64,000 nucleotides of DNA from Eubacteriales bacterium (GCA_045661325.1 JAZRFK010000093.1:3585-67584), one strand, 5' to 3'. Numbered from the stretch's first letter, positions 1 through 11,026 are shown. The notes: generated from the sequence alone by a model not told the origin. Translations and numbers: made by a program.

Positions 1-23
1 GCCGTATATGCCGACCTTCATTT

Positions 24-314
24 TCATGGCAGTTCTATCCTCTTTTTGCGCTCCGATTCACGATACAGGACAAATTTTGTGCCAAGCACGGAAACAACCT
101 CTGCCCCCGTTTTTTCGGCGATTTCGGCAGCGGCCTCCTTGGCGCTATACCCACTGTTTTCCAAAACGCGCACCTTCATCAGCTCGCGCGCCTCCAAGCA
201 GTTATCAATCTGGTGGCAAAGCTCCTCGGTAATGCCGCCCTTGCCAATTTGGAACACGGCGTCCAACGTATTTGCCATGGAGCGCAGAAACGCTCTTTCT
301 TTACTGTTTAACAA
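24..314 (-). CDS. yhbY: Ribosome-assembly RNA-binding protein YhbY (CRM domain)
   Basis: 96-aa ORF. The translation shows the YhbY pattern (FQIGKGGITEEL ... MKVRVLEN). It lies on the same strand as, and immediately downstream of, rdgB. Confidence 0.8.
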   Translation of the reverse strand: MLNSKERAFLRSMANTLDAVFQIGKGGITEELCHQIDNCLEARELMKVRVLENSGYSAKEAAAEIAEKTGAEVVSVLGTKFVLYRESERKKRIELP

Positions 315-332
315 TTCGGTATCTCCTTTATA

Positions 333-932
333 TCAGAGCATTTGGGATAATTTCTCGGCCATAAGGCGCAAAGCCTTGCCTCTATGGCTGATGGCGTTCT
401 TTTCATCGGGGGTAATGGAGGCCATCGTTTTTCCGTACTCCTCGGTATAGAAGTAAGGGTCATAGCCAAAGCCGCCCTCCCCTTCTGCCTCAAAGGTGAT
501 TTTTCCTTCGCAGGCACCTCTGACGGTGAAGGCCTCTCCGTTGGGCAAAACGCAGGCAATAGCTGCCACGTATCGCGCCGTTCTTTTTTCAAAGGGAACG
601 CCCTCCAGATTTTTCAAAAGCAGACGATTGTTGGCATCGTCATCCCCGTGCTTGCCGGAATAGCGGGCAGAATACACACCGGGCGCACCGCCAAGAGCGT
701 CCACCTCCAAGCCGGAGTCGTCAGCAATGGAGACGTGCTCTCCATCCGCTACCGCCTTGGCCTTGATTAAGGCATTTTCCTCAAAGGTTTCGCCGTTTTC
801 TTCAATATCGGCCGTAAAGCCAATATCTGCAAGCGTTAAAACGCGGCAATCCGACAGGGCAGGAATTTCAGAAAAAATCTTTTTTACCTCGCGCACCTTG
901 CCGGGATTGGCACTTGCTAAAATAACGTCCAT
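333..932 (-). CDS. rdgB: Non-canonical purine NTP pyrophosphatase (RdgB/HAM1 family, XTP/dITP diphosphatase)
   Basis: 199-aa ORF with N-terminal ILASANPGKVREV and C-terminal GGFGYDPYF ... ISHRGKA motifs, typical of the Ham1/RdgB family. Confidence 0.9.
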   Translation of the reverse strand: MDVILASANPGKVREVKKIFSEIPALSDCRVLTLADIGFTADIEENGETFEENALIKAKAVADGEHVSIADDSGLEVDALGGAPGVYSARYSGKHGDDDANNRLLLKNLEGVPFEKRTARYVAAIACVLPNGEAFTVRGACEGKITFEAEGEGGFGYDPYFYTEEYGKTMASITPDEKNAISHRGKALRLMAEKLSQML

Positions 933-960
933 ATTCTATTCCTTTCAAAAAATCAAAAAG

Positions 961-1872
961 TTACGAATTTTCTCCGAAAAGCGCTTTGATATACTCCTCG
1001 GGAACAAAGGGCTTCATATCGTCGATTTGCTCGCCAACGCCAATGAATTTTACCGGAATATCAAGCTCTCGCTTCACAGAAATGGCGACACCGCCCTTGG
1101 CCGTGCCATCAAGCTTGGTTAAAATCAAGCCCGTGATGTCTGCGGCATTTTTGAACTCCTTGGCCTGCATAATGCCGTTCTGACCCGTTGCGGCGTCAAG
1201 CACCAGAAGGGTCTCAATATCGGCATCTGGCAATTCTCTATGCACCACGCGATTGATTTTGGCCAACTCGTCCATCAGATTTTTCTTATTGTGCAAGCGC
1301 CCTGCCGTATCGATAATCAATACGTCACCGCGGCTTTTTACCGATTGAATGGCGTCATACACCACGGAGGCAGGATCAGCACCCGTTCCCTGCTTGATGA
1401 GGGAAACGCCTGCTCTGTCACACCAGACAGCAAGCTGCTCCACGGCAGCCGCGCGGAAGGTGTCAGCAGCGGCAACCACCACTCTTTTTCCGCGGCTTTT
1501 CAGCTCGGCGGCAATTTTACCGATAGAGGTGGTTTTGCCCACGCCGTTAACACCGATAACGAGAATGACGGCAGGAGTGGTATTCAGATGAAGATGCTCT
1601 GCCTCTCCGACCGTTTCAAGCAAAATCTCTACAAGCAATGCTTTGACAGCCGCAGGCTCCGTCACGCGTTCATCCTTTACGCGCTCACGCAGGGTGTCAA
1701 GCACGTATTCCGTTGTTTCCACCCCGACGTCTGCCGTGATAAGCAGCTCCTCAAGCTCATCGAAGAAATCCTCGTCAATCTTCACGAAACGACGGCAGAT
1801 GTCCTCGATTTTGCCGAAAAAGGCACTTTTCGTTTTTAAAAGGCCCTGCTTTAATTTTTCAAAAAAGCTCAT
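961..1872 (-). CDS. ftsY: Signal recognition particle receptor FtsY
   Basis: 303 aa. SRP-GTPase motifs GVNGVGKTTSIGK (G1), DTAGR (G3) and TKLDGTAKGG (G4). Its start overlaps the smc stop by 4 bp. Confidence 0.95.
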   Translation of the reverse strand: MSFFEKLKQGLLKTKSAFFGKIEDICRRFVKIDEDFFDELEELLITADVGVETTEYVLDTLRERVKDERVTEPAAVKALLVEILLETVGEAEHLHLNTTPAVILVIGVNGVGKTTSIGKIAAELKSRGKRVVVAAADTFRAAAVEQLAVWCDRAGVSLIKQGTGADPASVVYDAIQSVKSRGDVLIIDTAGRLHNKKNLMDELAKINRVVHRELPDADIETLLVLDAATGQNGIMQAKEFKNAADITGLILTKLDGTAKGGVAISVKRELDIPVKFIGVGEQIDDMKPFVPEEYIKALFGENS

Positions 1873-4800
1873 GACAAAAGCTCCTTTTGTTTGCTTTCAA
1901 TTTCCGAAACGTCCAAAAGCAATGCTCTGGAAATACCGCGCTCGGGCATGGTGATACCGTAAAGGCGGTCACCAATTTCCATCGTTCCGCGTCGGTGCGT
2001 AATCAAAACGAACTGCGATTCACCCGAAAGCTTGGTTACGTATGCGCCAAAGCGGTCAACGTTTACCTCGTCCAAGGCAGCCTCAATCTCGTCAAAGATA
2101 CAGAAGGGCGAGGGATTGGCCTTTAAGATAGCAAAAATCAACGCAATGGCAACGAAGGTCTGCTCACCGCCGGAAAGCAAGGAAAGGCTCTTGATAATCT
2201 TTCCGGGAGGCGCCGCCTTAATTTCAATGCCGCTCGTCAGAACATCCTCGGGATTGGTGAGGGAAAGCTCTGCTTCACCGCCGCCGAACAGCTCACTAAA
2301 CACAACACCGAAATTCTCATTGATGTCATTGAAGGTGTTGGTGAAGCTGACACGCATCTCCTCCTCAACCTTTTTGAGAATATCCAAAAGCTCTGTCTTG
2401 GCCTTTTCCAAGTCCTCTAACTGATGCTTCAGGCTTTCGTGACGCGCGCCGACCTCGGCGTACTCCTCAATGGCGCCTGTATTGACGCTGCCAAGCTCAC
2501 GAATCTTGGACTTGCAGGAGGATTGCACAGCGGCAACCTCTGCTCTGTTCTCGGTCGTAACGGCGGGATACGAGAGGGCAACTGCTTCCTCGTAGGTAAT
2601 CTGATATTCGTCAAAAAGCTTGGTTTCCAAGCGCTCGTTTTCTTCTCTGAAGCGATTCAAGGCAAGCTCTGCGCGGTTGTAGTGCGCGCTAAGACGCTCT
2701 TTTTCCTCGTTGGCCTCTCTGATTTTTTCACGAAGCTCACCGTCACGGCGATTGAACTCGTCCTCATCCTTTTGGCTACCGAGTCTTTGTGCTTCAAGGT
2801 CACCCAAAAGCGCGGTTACCTCTTTGACCTGCTCGCGATTGGCAAGGTTGCTTTCCTCCATTGCCTTGGCGCGCGAGAGATAATCCTCTATGCGAAGAGA
2901 AATGCTTTCTCTTTCTCTTTCGTGCGCCTCCTTGGTGCTTGCACCCAAGGCCAAGGCGTTTTCGGCGTTTTCCTTATCCTTTTCCAAGGATGCAAACCGA
3001 ACGCGCAGCTCGGTAATTTCGTTATCCTTCTCCTCCTTGGTATCCAAGAAGGCGTGACGCTCTGCCTCCTGCGTGCTACGCAGAGTGCGAATTTCCTCGA
3101 TTTTTCCGAGAACGCCTGCCAGCTCTGCCTCGAAGCGAAGAATATCAGAATCAAATTTTCCACCGCTTTCGGAAAGCCCGTTATAATCCTCACGCAGCTT
3201 TTCAAGCAGGGTGTCATTACCCTCTGCGGCGGCCTTTACGCGCTCATACTCGGAAAGCTGGGCGCGGGACATATTGTAAAGCAGCTCCTTGGCCTGAGAA
3301 AGCTCAGCCGATTTTGCCTGCATCAAGAGAATATCGTTTTCGATTTTCTTGATTTTTTCTGCAAAATCCGACACTTTCTTCTCGGCAGAAGTCATTTCCT
3401 TTTGCAGTCCCTCAATTTCCGTTCCGCGAGACAGAATACCGCTGTCACGTTTCAGGGAGCCACCCGTGAAGGCGGCACCGACGTTGATAATTTGACCGTC
3501 GAGCGTGACAATACGCACCTTATAGCGAAGTCGCTTTGCGGCCTCCGTGGCCGTATCAATGTCCTCGAAAACAACCGTTCGGAGCAGCAAATGCTCAATC
3601 AAATTGCGATATTCCGCATCAAAGGAAACGAGCTCATCTGCCCGTCCGACATAGCCGCGGAAGCCTGCGGCATCCCGAATTTCATCGGTAACACCGCCCG
3701 CCTTAACGGCGTTCAAGGGATAGAAGGTTGCGCGGCCCGCGCCTGCCTGCTTCAAGGCGTAAATAGCGGATTTTGCCGTTTCCTCGTTTTCAACGGCAAT
3801 GTTCTGCATATTTTGGCCGAGAGCAGTTTCAATCGCGGTAACGTACTCCTTCTCTACCGTTATCAGCTGAGAGATAGGGCCGTATATTTTGCCCTTGAAT
3901 TGCGCTTTATTTTGTGCATAGGCCTGCATAATGAAGCGAACGCTGTGCTGATAGCCCTCGAAATGCTCCTCCATTCTCTGCAAGGCTTCGATACGCTGCT
4001 CCAAGCCGCTCTTCTTGGCAGCGGCATCGTTCAAGAGCCGTTTTTGCTCGTCCTTTTCCTCTTGCAAGGAGGCAAGTCTCTCATTAACCTCCACGAGCGA
4101 ATCCTCAGCAGAGGCGATTTTTGCGCGATAGGAGGCGGTGTTTTTATCGCAACGCTCCAAATCAGCGGCAAGAACAGTACCTTTTTCCTCCAAGGCGGCA
4201 ATTTCGCGCAAAAGCTCCTCGCCCTTGCCCTTGCCTTCCTCCTTGGCCTTGCGGCTTACGTCAAGGCGAACGCGGATATCCATTGCCTCGGCGTTCAAGG
4301 CCTCAATTTCCTTTAATTCCTTCTCCAAGGCCTCCTCCAACGCCTTGGCGGCGCGAAGTGCCTCTTCTCTTGCGGCCAAAAGCACGAGCTGCTCGTCCTT
4401 AAAATCGGCCTCCTGCTGTGCAAGGGCAACGAGGGTGGCCTCTGCTTCTGCCTTTCCCTCTGCTAAATGCGCGTCCTCTTGGTCAAGCTTTTCAAACTGG
4501 CGGCGGCTTTCCTCGGCCAAATCCTGCATATGACGGATTTCACCCAAGGCCACCGAATAATCACGCTCCAGGGCGGAAAGTCGCTTGTTTGCCTCCGAAA
4601 TCTCGTGCACCAGGCGCTCGGACTCCAAGCGCGATCCCGTCAGCTTTTCGCGAATATGGTCATCCTGCTGCTCCAAGGATTCAATAGACTCTACCACGCG
4701 CTCATATTCAGCACGCGCCAAGGTCAGATTGTTCTCTGCCGTTTGCAAGTCGGTTTTGATTTTTTTGGTATCAAACAACCAAAGCGAAACGTCTGCTTCC

Positions 4801-5474
4801 TTTTTGCGCTCCAAAAGCTCTCTGTACCGTCTGGCCTTTTCTGCCTCCTTGGAGAGCGGCCCAATGCGCGCGTCAAGCTCGTTATAAATTAAGGTTGCGC
4901 TTTCTACGAAGCCCAAGGTTTCATTAAGCTTCTTTTCGGTTTCTTCTTTTCTCTGACGGAACTTGGAGATACCTGCGGCCTCCTCGAAGATATGGCGCCT
5001 GTCCTCGCTCTTTTTGGAGAGAATTTCTGCGATTTTACCCTGTCCGATGATAGAGTATCCTTCTCTGCCGATACCCGTATTCATAAACAGCTCGTAAATA
5101 TCGCGCAGGCGGCAATTCTTGCGGTTTATCATATATTCACTGTCACCCGAACGGTAATAGCGTCTGGTGACGGTAATTTCGTCATAGGGAGAGTCAATAC
5201 GGCGGCCACCTTCGCTATTGTCAAAGGTTACAGAGACCTCGGCAAAGCTCATAGGCTTTCTGGTGTCCGTGCCACCGAAAATAACGTCCTCCATTTTGGT
5301 TCCGCGGATGTTGCGGCTGGAAAGCTCACCCAAAACCCAACGCATAGCGTCCGAAATGTTGGACTTACCGCTTCCGTTCGGGCCAACGATGATGGTGGTA
5401 CCGCGCTCAAAGGTCAGAACGGTTTTATTGGGAAAGGATTTAAAGCCGTGTAATTCTAAAGATTTTAAGTACAT
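1869..5474 (-). CDS. smc: Chromosome segregation protein SMC
   Basis: 1201 aa. N-terminal Walker A GPNGSGKSN, long coiled-coil arms with a central hinge, and C-terminal LSGGEQTF signature plus Walker B IFDEIEAALD. Confidence 0.97.
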   Translation of the reverse strand: MYLKSLELHGFKSFPNKTVLTFERGTTIIVGPNGSGKSNISDAMRWVLGELSSRNIRGTKMEDVIFGGTDTRKPMSFAEVSVTFDNSEGGRRIDSPYDEITVTRRYYRSGDSEYMINRKNCRLRDIYELFMNTGIGREGYSIIGQGKIAEILSKKSEDRRHIFEEAAGISKFRQRKEETEKKLNETLGFVESATLIYNELDARIGPLSKEAEKARRYRELLERKKEADVSLWLFDTKKIKTDLQTAENNLTLARAEYERVVESIESLEQQDDHIREKLTGSRLESERLVHEISEANKRLSALERDYSVALGEIRHMQDLAEESRRQFEKLDQEDAHLAEGKAEAEATLVALAQQEADFKDEQLVLLAAREEALRAAKALEEALEKELKEIEALNAEAMDIRVRLDVSRKAKEEGKGKGEELLREIAALEEKGTVLAADLERCDKNTASYRAKIASAEDSLVEVNERLASLQEEKDEQKRLLNDAAAKKSGLEQRIEALQRMEEHFEGYQHSVRFIMQAYAQNKAQFKGKIYGPISQLITVEKEYVTAIETALGQNMQNIAVENEETAKSAIYALKQAGAGRATFYPLNAVKAGGVTDEIRDAAGFRGYVGRADELVSFDAEYRNLIEHLLLRTVVFEDIDTATEAAKRLRYKVRIVTLDGQIINVGAAFTGGSLKRDSGILSRGTEIEGLQKEMTSAEKKVSDFAEKIKKIENDILLMQAKSAELSQAKELLYNMSRAQLSEYERVKAAAEGNDTLLEKLREDYNGLSESGGKFDSDILRFEAELAGVLGKIEEIRTLRSTQEAERHAFLDTKEEKDNEITELRVRFASLEKDKENAENALALGASTKEAHERERESISLRIEDYLSRAKAMEESNLANREQVKEVTALLGDLEAQRLGSQKDEDEFNRRDGELREKIREANEEKERLSAHYNRAELALNRFREENERLETKLFDEYQITYEEAVALSYPAVTTENRAEVAAVQSSCKSKIRELGSVNTGAIEEYAEVGARHESLKHQLEDLEKAKTELLDILKKVEEEMRVSFTNTFNDINENFGVVFSELFGGGEAELSLTNPEDVLTSGIEIKAAPPGKIIKSLSLLSGGEQTFVAIALIFAILKANPSPFCIFDEIEAALDEVNVDRFGAYVTKLSGESQFVLITHRRGTMEIGDRLYGITMPERGISRALLLDVSEIESKQKELLS

Positions 5475-5498
5475 ATCTTGCTCCTGTTTTCGTTAATA

Positions 5499-6209
5499 TC
5501 AATCTCCGACGCCAAAAAGAAGCAGCGCTTCCCTTGCGGCCTCCTGCTCTGCCTTGGGCACCGAGGGGCCAATACCGTGACCGATGCAGTTGCTGTTGAG
5601 CATCGCGTCCACCTCAAAGGTTTTACGGTGATCAGGGCCGTATTCCGCCGTTACAACGTACCGCAGCTGCTCCTTACCGTCCTGTTGGACGAGCTGTTGC
5701 AGGCGCGTTTTATAGTCGCCGCCGCGGATTTTTCCGCACATTTCAATTTCCTCCTTCATCAAGGAAAGGAGAAAGGGGGTTAAAAAATCAAGCTTCTTGC
5801 CGTTATCCAAATAAATCGCGGCAAGCACAGCCTCAAATACGTCTGCCAGAATAGGAGAATGGCGGCGGCCGTTATTGGCCTCCTCGCCCTTGCCCAACAG
5901 CAAGAACTCGCCCAGATGCAGCTTAACGGCAAGACGGGCAAGCGTGTCCTCGCAAACAAGATGCTGACGGTACTTGGTCAGATTTCCCTCGTCTGCCTCG
6001 GGAAAGCGCGCGTAGAGATAATCGCTGATAATCAGCTGCAAAACCGCGTCTCCCAAAAATTCGATACGCTGATAGTTATCAATTTTATCGCTTTTTTTGT
6101 ATTCATTGGCGTAAGAGGTATGCACCAGGGCCGTTTTTAACAAGGAAATGTCAGAAAACGTATACCCCGTATACTGCGATAGCTCTTGCAAATTTCTTCC
6201 TTCTGCCAT
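5499..6209 (-). CDS. rnc: Ribonuclease III
   Basis: 236 aa. RNase III signature QRIEFLGDAVL and a C-terminal dsRBD. Canonical position upstream of smc-ftsY. Confidence 0.95.
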   Translation of the reverse strand: MAEGRNLQELSQYTGYTFSDISLLKTALVHTSYANEYKKSDKIDNYQRIEFLGDAVLQLIISDYLYARFPEADEGNLTKYRQHLVCEDTLARLAVKLHLGEFLLLGKGEEANNGRRHSPILADVFEAVLAAIYLDNGKKLDFLTPFLLSLMKEEIEMCGKIRGGDYKTRLQQLVQQDGKEQLRYVVTAEYGPDHRKTFEVDAMLNSNCIGHGIGPSVPKAEQEAAREALLLFGVGD

Positions 6210-6250
6210 AACGTTTACTCTTTCAATGCTTATGTAGTGGTTTCTTCCGC

Positions 6251-7264
6251 TTATGTAGTGGTTTCTTCCTTCTTTTTTGCAAAAAGCGGAAGCTTTTCTT
6301 CGATTTTCGGATTGATTTCTGCGCGAACGAACTGCATTGCCTGTCTTACGGCGTTCTTAATGGCACGGGCATCCGAATTGCCGTGGGCCTTTATAACAGG
6401 CTTTGCCATACCGAGAATAGGCGCACCGCCGTGCTCGGAGGTATCAAAATTCTTTTTCAGGGCGCCCATACGGGATTTCATCAAAAGACCGCCAAGCTTA
6501 CCAACGGCGTCCTTGTAGAACATCTCCTTGATGGCCTTTAAAATAAACTTGCTCGTGCCTTCAACCGTTTTTAAGAGAATATTGCCTGTGAAGCCATCTG
6601 CTACCAAAACGTCGCAGACGTCAAACGGAAGGGTCTTGGGCTCTACGTTGCCCACGAAGGAAAGGGGGGAATCGGACAAGGCACGGTAGGCCTCCTGCTG
6701 AAAGGCAAGGCCCTTTTGCTCCTCCGTTCCGTTATTCAAAAGCCCCACGCGAGCGGTATTGAGCCCATACATATTTTGCATATACACGGATCCCATCATA
6801 CCGAAAATAATGGCGTTATGAGGCGTTATTTCAAGGTTAGCGCCCGAATCCAAAAGCAAAACGGGGCAAGCAAAGGGCAAAAGCGTTGCAATACCCGGAC
6901 GCTCTATTCCCTTGATGCGCCGAACGAGAAGGGTTGCGCCTGCCAAAAGCGCGCCTGTGTTTCCTGCGCTGACAAAGGCATCCGCCTCACTGGAAGCAAG
7001 ATAACGAAGGCCAACGGACATCGAGGAGTCCTTCTTGGCGCGAACAACGGAAAGCGCCTCGTCCTCCATTGTAAGCACGGAGGCGGCAGGGAGAATCTCA
7101 AGCATTGAAATATCAAGGCCGTTATCCTTGGCCGTTTTTTCGATGATCTCGGGATTGCCAACCGCAACAACCGTAACGGAAAGCTCACGGGCCGCCATTA
7201 CGGCACCCTCTAACATAGCCAAGGGGGCGTTGTCGCCTCCCATAACGTCCAAAGCAATTTTCAT
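6251..7264 (-). CDS. plsX: Phosphate acyltransferase PlsX
   Basis: 337 aa. N-terminal MKIALDVMGGDNAP and full-length PlsX-like sequence. Confidence 0.95.
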   Translation of the reverse strand: MKIALDVMGGDNAPLAMLEGAVMAARELSVTVVAVGNPEIIEKTAKDNGLDISMLEILPAASVLTMEDEALSVVRAKKDSSMSVGLRYLASSEADAFVSAGNTGALLAGATLLVRRIKGIERPGIATLLPFACPVLLLDSGANLEITPHNAIIFGMMGSVYMQNMYGLNTARVGLLNNGTEEQKGLAFQQEAYRALSDSPLSFVGNVEPKTLPFDVCDVLVADGFTGNILLKTVEGTSKFILKAIKEMFYKDAVGKLGGLLMKSRMGALKKNFDTSEHGGAPILGMAKPVIKAHGNSDARAIKNAVRQAMQFVRAEINPKIEEKLPLFAKKKEETTT

Positions 7265-7299
7265 AGGTTATTCCTTTCGCCGTTTTAATGAAACGGAGC

Positions 7300-8646
7300 T
7301 TAATCTAGATAAAGAGAATCCTTTAATTCTTCTATGAGTGCTACGGCCCTTGCGGCATAGGCGTCATTTCTCGCCTTTTTTCCGCCCTTAACGCGTGCTT
7401 CAAGGGGAGCAACAATACCGAAATTGGCATTCATTGGTTGGAAATTGGCAGCGTTTCCGTTGCCAACGTGATTGGCAAGGGCGCCCGTCATACATTTAGC
7501 CGAAAAGACAACAGGCTCCTTCCCCTTCGCAAGCCTTGCGGCATTGATGCCCGCGACAAGACCCGAGGAGGTTGACTCCACATACCCCTCAACACCCGTC
7601 ATCTGTCCTGCAAAAAAGAGGGTTGGTCTTTCCACCATTGCGTAGGTGTCGGAAAGAATACCGGGAGAATGGATATAGGTATTGCGGTGCATCACACCGT
7701 AACGGAGAAATTCAGCGTTTTGAAGACCGGGAATCATACGGAACACCCGTCTTTGCTCAGGAAAGGTCAGGTGGGTCTGGAAGCCCACCAGATTATACAT
7801 CGTTCCCTCCTTGTTTTCACGGCGCAGCTGCACGATGGCGTAAGCCTCCTTGTCCGTATCGGGCAAGGGCAGGCCGACAGGCTTCATCGGGCCGAACAAG
7901 AGGGTTTGCTCACCGCGACTTGCCATTACCTCAACGGGCATACATCCCTCGAAAACGGTCAAATCCTTCTCAAATTCGTGCATTTTCGCGGTTTCTGCGG
8001 TTATAAGCGCCTGATAAAAGGCGTCATATTCCTCCTTGTTCATCGGACAGTTCAGGTAGTCGCTGCTATCGCCCTTTCCGTAACGCGAGGCAAAAAAGGC
8101 AACGGAATAGTCGATGCTTTGCGCGTCAACGATAGGGGCGGCCGCATCGTAAAAATACAAGGATTTTCCGCCAAGCATATTAAAAATTTCGGCAGAAAGC
8201 TTTTCGGAGGTCAAAGGCCCCGTGGCAACCACGGTAATCTCATCTCCCTCCAAGGAGGTGATTTCCTCACCCTCGTACACCGTAATGAGAGGATGATTCT
8301 TGATTTTTTCGGTGATATAGGCGGAAAACCGTTCTCTGTCCACCGCCAAGGCGCTGCCTGCGGGCACGCGGGTTTCCTCCGCCGCCTCCATAATCAAGGA
8401 GCCGAGTATACGAAGCTCCTGCTTTAAAAGGCCGACGGCGTTATAGATTTCATCCGAACGCAAGGAATTGGAGCAAACGAGCTCCGCAAAGCCGTCCGCG
8501 CGATGCGCGGGGGTGCGGCTTTTGGGCTTCATTTCGTAAAGCGAAACCGAAACACCGCATTTTGCTGCCTGCCAAGCCGCTTCACAGCCGGCAAGTCCTG
8601 CGCCGATAATACGGATATGAGGACGCACTTCATTCATTTCGCTCAT
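7300..8646 (-). CDS. trmFO: Methylenetetrahydrofolate--tRNA-(uracil-5-)-methyltransferase TrmFO (Gid)
   Basis: 448 aa. FAD-binding [13 protein letters not shown]-terminus. Follows topA, as in the Bacillus dprA-topA-gid cluster. Confidence 0.93.
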   Translation of the reverse strand: MSEMNEVRPHIRIIGAGLAGCEAAWQAAKCGVSVSLYEMKPKSRTPAHRADGFAELVCSNSLRSDEIYNAVGLLKQELRILGSLIMEAAEETRVPAGSALAVDRERFSAYITEKIKNHPLITVYEGEEITSLEGDEITVVATGPLTSEKLSAEIFNMLGGKSLYFYDAAAPIVDAQSIDYSVAFFASRYGKGDSSDYLNCPMNKEEYDAFYQALITAETAKMHEFEKDLTVFEGCMPVEVMASRGEQTLLFGPMKPVGLPLPDTDKEAYAIVQLRRENKEGTMYNLVGFQTHLTFPEQRRVFRMIPGLQNAEFLRYGVMHRNTYIHSPGILSDTYAMVERPTLFFAGQMTGVEGYVESTSSGLVAGINAARLAKGKEPVVFSAKCMTGALANHVGNGNAANFQPMNANFGIVAPLEARVKGGKKARNDAYAARAVALIEELKDSLYLD

Positions 8647-8683
8647 ACTTTTCCCTTTCCTTCTCTACGGTGAGTATTTGAAA

Positions 8684-10996
8684 TTAGTCGTTTTGCTCGG
8701 CCAGCTCCACCGTTCTTTTATATTCGCAGCTCTTGTTGCGGCAATATAAAAGCTTCTTTCCCTTGCGAAGCAGGAGCATATCCTGACACTCGGGGCACTT
8801 TTCCTCGGTCGGCAGATCCCAAGAGGAGAACTGACATTCGGGATAGCGCTCACAGCTGTAAAAGGTCAAGCGGTTTTTGCCGTGCTTAATAATGATGGGG
8901 GACTGACAATCGGGGCAAAGAACGGAAAGCTTTTCCGTCTTTTGCTTGGTATAGCTGCATTTGGGGTAATTGGCACAAGCATAGAAGCTTCCGTAGCGGC
9001 CACGCCGCAAAACAACCTCGCCACCGCATTCGGGACAAGCAAACTCTGCCTTTTCGGGCGCTTCCTTTTCCTTGTTGACGGGATTTCCGTCCTTATCAAT
9101 GGTTTTGGTGTTGTGACATTCGGGATAATTCTGGCAGGCCAGGAATTTTCCGAAGCGGCCAAGCTTGTATACCATAGGATTGCCGCATTTTTCGCAGGTA
9201 AAGGGCGAAACGTCCGGAGGAATTTCTACACTTTCCTTGTCAATCTTTTCCTGCGCCACCTGCAAGGAGACGGCAAAATCGCGATAGAAGGCGGAAAGAA
9301 CGGACTCAAGCTCGACCTTTCCCTGCTCGATTTCATCAAGCCTGGTTTCCATAGCGGCGGTGAAATCATAGTCCACAATATCGGGGAAATTCTCCTTCAT
9401 CAAGCGGTTGGTAACCTCACCCAAGGGAGTCGGCAACAAATTCTTACCCTCACGCTTGACGTATCCACGGGTTAAAATGGTTGTGATAATGGCAGTATAG
9501 GTGCTGGGGCGGCCGATGCCGTTTTCCTCCAAGAACTTGATAAGGGAGGCCTCGGTATAGCGCAAGGGCGGCTCGGTAAAATGCTGGACGGGCGAGATGC
9601 TTTGCATCGAAAGAACATCTCCCTGTGCAAGCAGAGGCAAACCGGTGAGGGTTTCCTCCTCATCCTTCTCCTCAGCCTCTGCGTTATCGTATACCACCGT
9701 ATAGCCACGGAAGCGAAGCTGCTGACCGCTGGTCTTAAACTGATAGCCACCCGAAACGAAGGTAACAGAAACCGCATCGTAAATCGCGGCAGACATCTGG
9801 CTGGCAATAAATCTTTCCCAAATGAGCTTGTAAAGGCGGTATTGATCAGGCGAGAGATATTTACGCACGGAGGCGGGAGTCAAGGACACATTGGCAGGAC
9901 GAATGGCCTCGTGCGCGTCCTGTGCGACGGAGGAGGTCTTGTAGACTCTGGGGGTCTTGGGAACGTAGTCCTTTCCGTATTCGGCCTCAATGTAAGCCAA
10001 TGCCGTTTCCTGCACGGCAGAGGAAATACGCAAGGAGTCCGTTCTCATATAGGTAATCAAACCCTGTACGCCGCCGTTTTCACTTCCCAAATGAACACCC
10101 TCATAGAGCTCCTGGGCAATTTTCATCGTTCTTTGCGAGCGGAAATTCAGCTTATGGTACGCCTCCTGCTGCAAGGTGGAGGTGATGAAGGGCGGGCTCG
10201 GCTGTCTGAGCTTTTGCGTTTTTACAACGGTATCGGCAACGAAGCTTTTTCCCGTAACCGCACCAACCACGGCTGCGGCCTCGGCCTGCGTGGAAAGACG
10301 GATTTTCTTGTCGCCACTACCGAAAAAGCGAGTTTCAACCGATTCGCCGCCTTGGTTTTCCAGAACGGCAGAAATCGTCCAATATTCGCTGGGCACGAAT
10401 GCGCGAATTTCCTCTTCTCTTTCCGTGATAATTCTCGTGGCAACGGATTGCACACGGCCCGCAGAAAGACCGCTCTTTACCTTTTTCCAAAGCAGAGGGC
10501 TCAATTTGTAGCCCACAATTCTGTCAAGGATGCGGCGCGCCTGCTGCGCGTCAACGAGGTTGCCGTCAATTTTTCTGGGAGTCTTGATGGAGGCCTTAAC
10601 AGCCTGCTTGGTAATTTCATTGAAGGTTACACGGCAAGCGCTTTGCTCGTCAATATTCAGCTCTGCCGCGATATGCCAAGAGATTGCCTCTCCCTCACGG
10701 TCAGGGTCCGTTGCGAGCAAAACGCGGGAGGCACCCTTGGCCTCCTTACGCAAGGCCTTAATTACATCACCCTTGCCGCGAATGTTGATATAATGCGGCG
10801 CGAAATGGTTTTCAATATCAACGCCGAGCGCACTTTTGGGCAGATCGCGAATGTGACCCACAGAGGCCACGACCTTGTATCCCGTTCCCAGATAGCCCTT
10901 AATGGTTGCCGCCTTGGAGGGAGACTCCACGATAACGAGGGTGGGCTTCTTTTTGGTTGCTTTGCTTGCAGTTTTTCCCATATTTTTAATTGGCAT
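8684..10996 (-). CDS. topA: DNA topoisomerase I
   Basis: 770 aa. Toprim LVIVESPSKA, catalytic-Tyr region YMRTDS, and four C-terminal CxxC...CxxC zinc ribbons. Confidence 0.97.
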   Translation of the reverse strand: MPIKNMGKTASKATKKKPTLVIVESPSKAATIKGYLGTGYKVVASVGHIRDLPKSALGVDIENHFAPHYINIRGKGDVIKALRKEAKGASRVLLATDPDREGEAISWHIAAELNIDEQSACRVTFNEITKQAVKASIKTPRKIDGNLVDAQQARRILDRIVGYKLSPLLWKKVKSGLSAGRVQSVATRIITEREEEIRAFVPSEYWTISAVLENQGGESVETRFFGSGDKKIRLSTQAEAAAVVGAVTGKSFVADTVVKTQKLRQPSPPFITSTLQQEAYHKLNFRSQRTMKIAQELYEGVHLGSENGGVQGLITYMRTDSLRISSAVQETALAYIEAEYGKDYVPKTPRVYKTSSVAQDAHEAIRPANVSLTPASVRKYLSPDQYRLYKLIWERFIASQMSAAIYDAVSVTFVSGGYQFKTSGQQLRFRGYTVVYDNAEAEEKDEEETLTGLPLLAQGDVLSMQSISPVQHFTEPPLRYTEASLIKFLEENGIGRPSTYTAIITTILTRGYVKREGKNLLPTPLGEVTNRLMKENFPDIVDYDFTAAMETRLDEIEQGKVELESVLSAFYRDFAVSLQVAQEKIDKESVEIPPDVSPFTCEKCGNPMVYKLGRFGKFLACQNYPECHNTKTIDKDGNPVNKEKEAPEKAEFACPECGGEVVLRRGRYGSFYACANYPKCSYTKQKTEKLSVLCPDCQSPIIIKHGKNRLTFYSCERYPECQFSSWDLPTEEKCPECQDMLLLRKGKKLLYCRNKSCEYKRTVELAEQND

Positions 10997-11026
10997 TACG
11001 CCATCCTTTCTTGCTTATATCGTTAT

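Noticed and set aside
2424-4316. 630-aa ORF on the + strand
   Set aside because: It lies entirely antisense to smc. It has low-complexity Leu/Gly/Ala-rich translation with no motifs, which is a typical shadow ORF of a coiled-coil gene.
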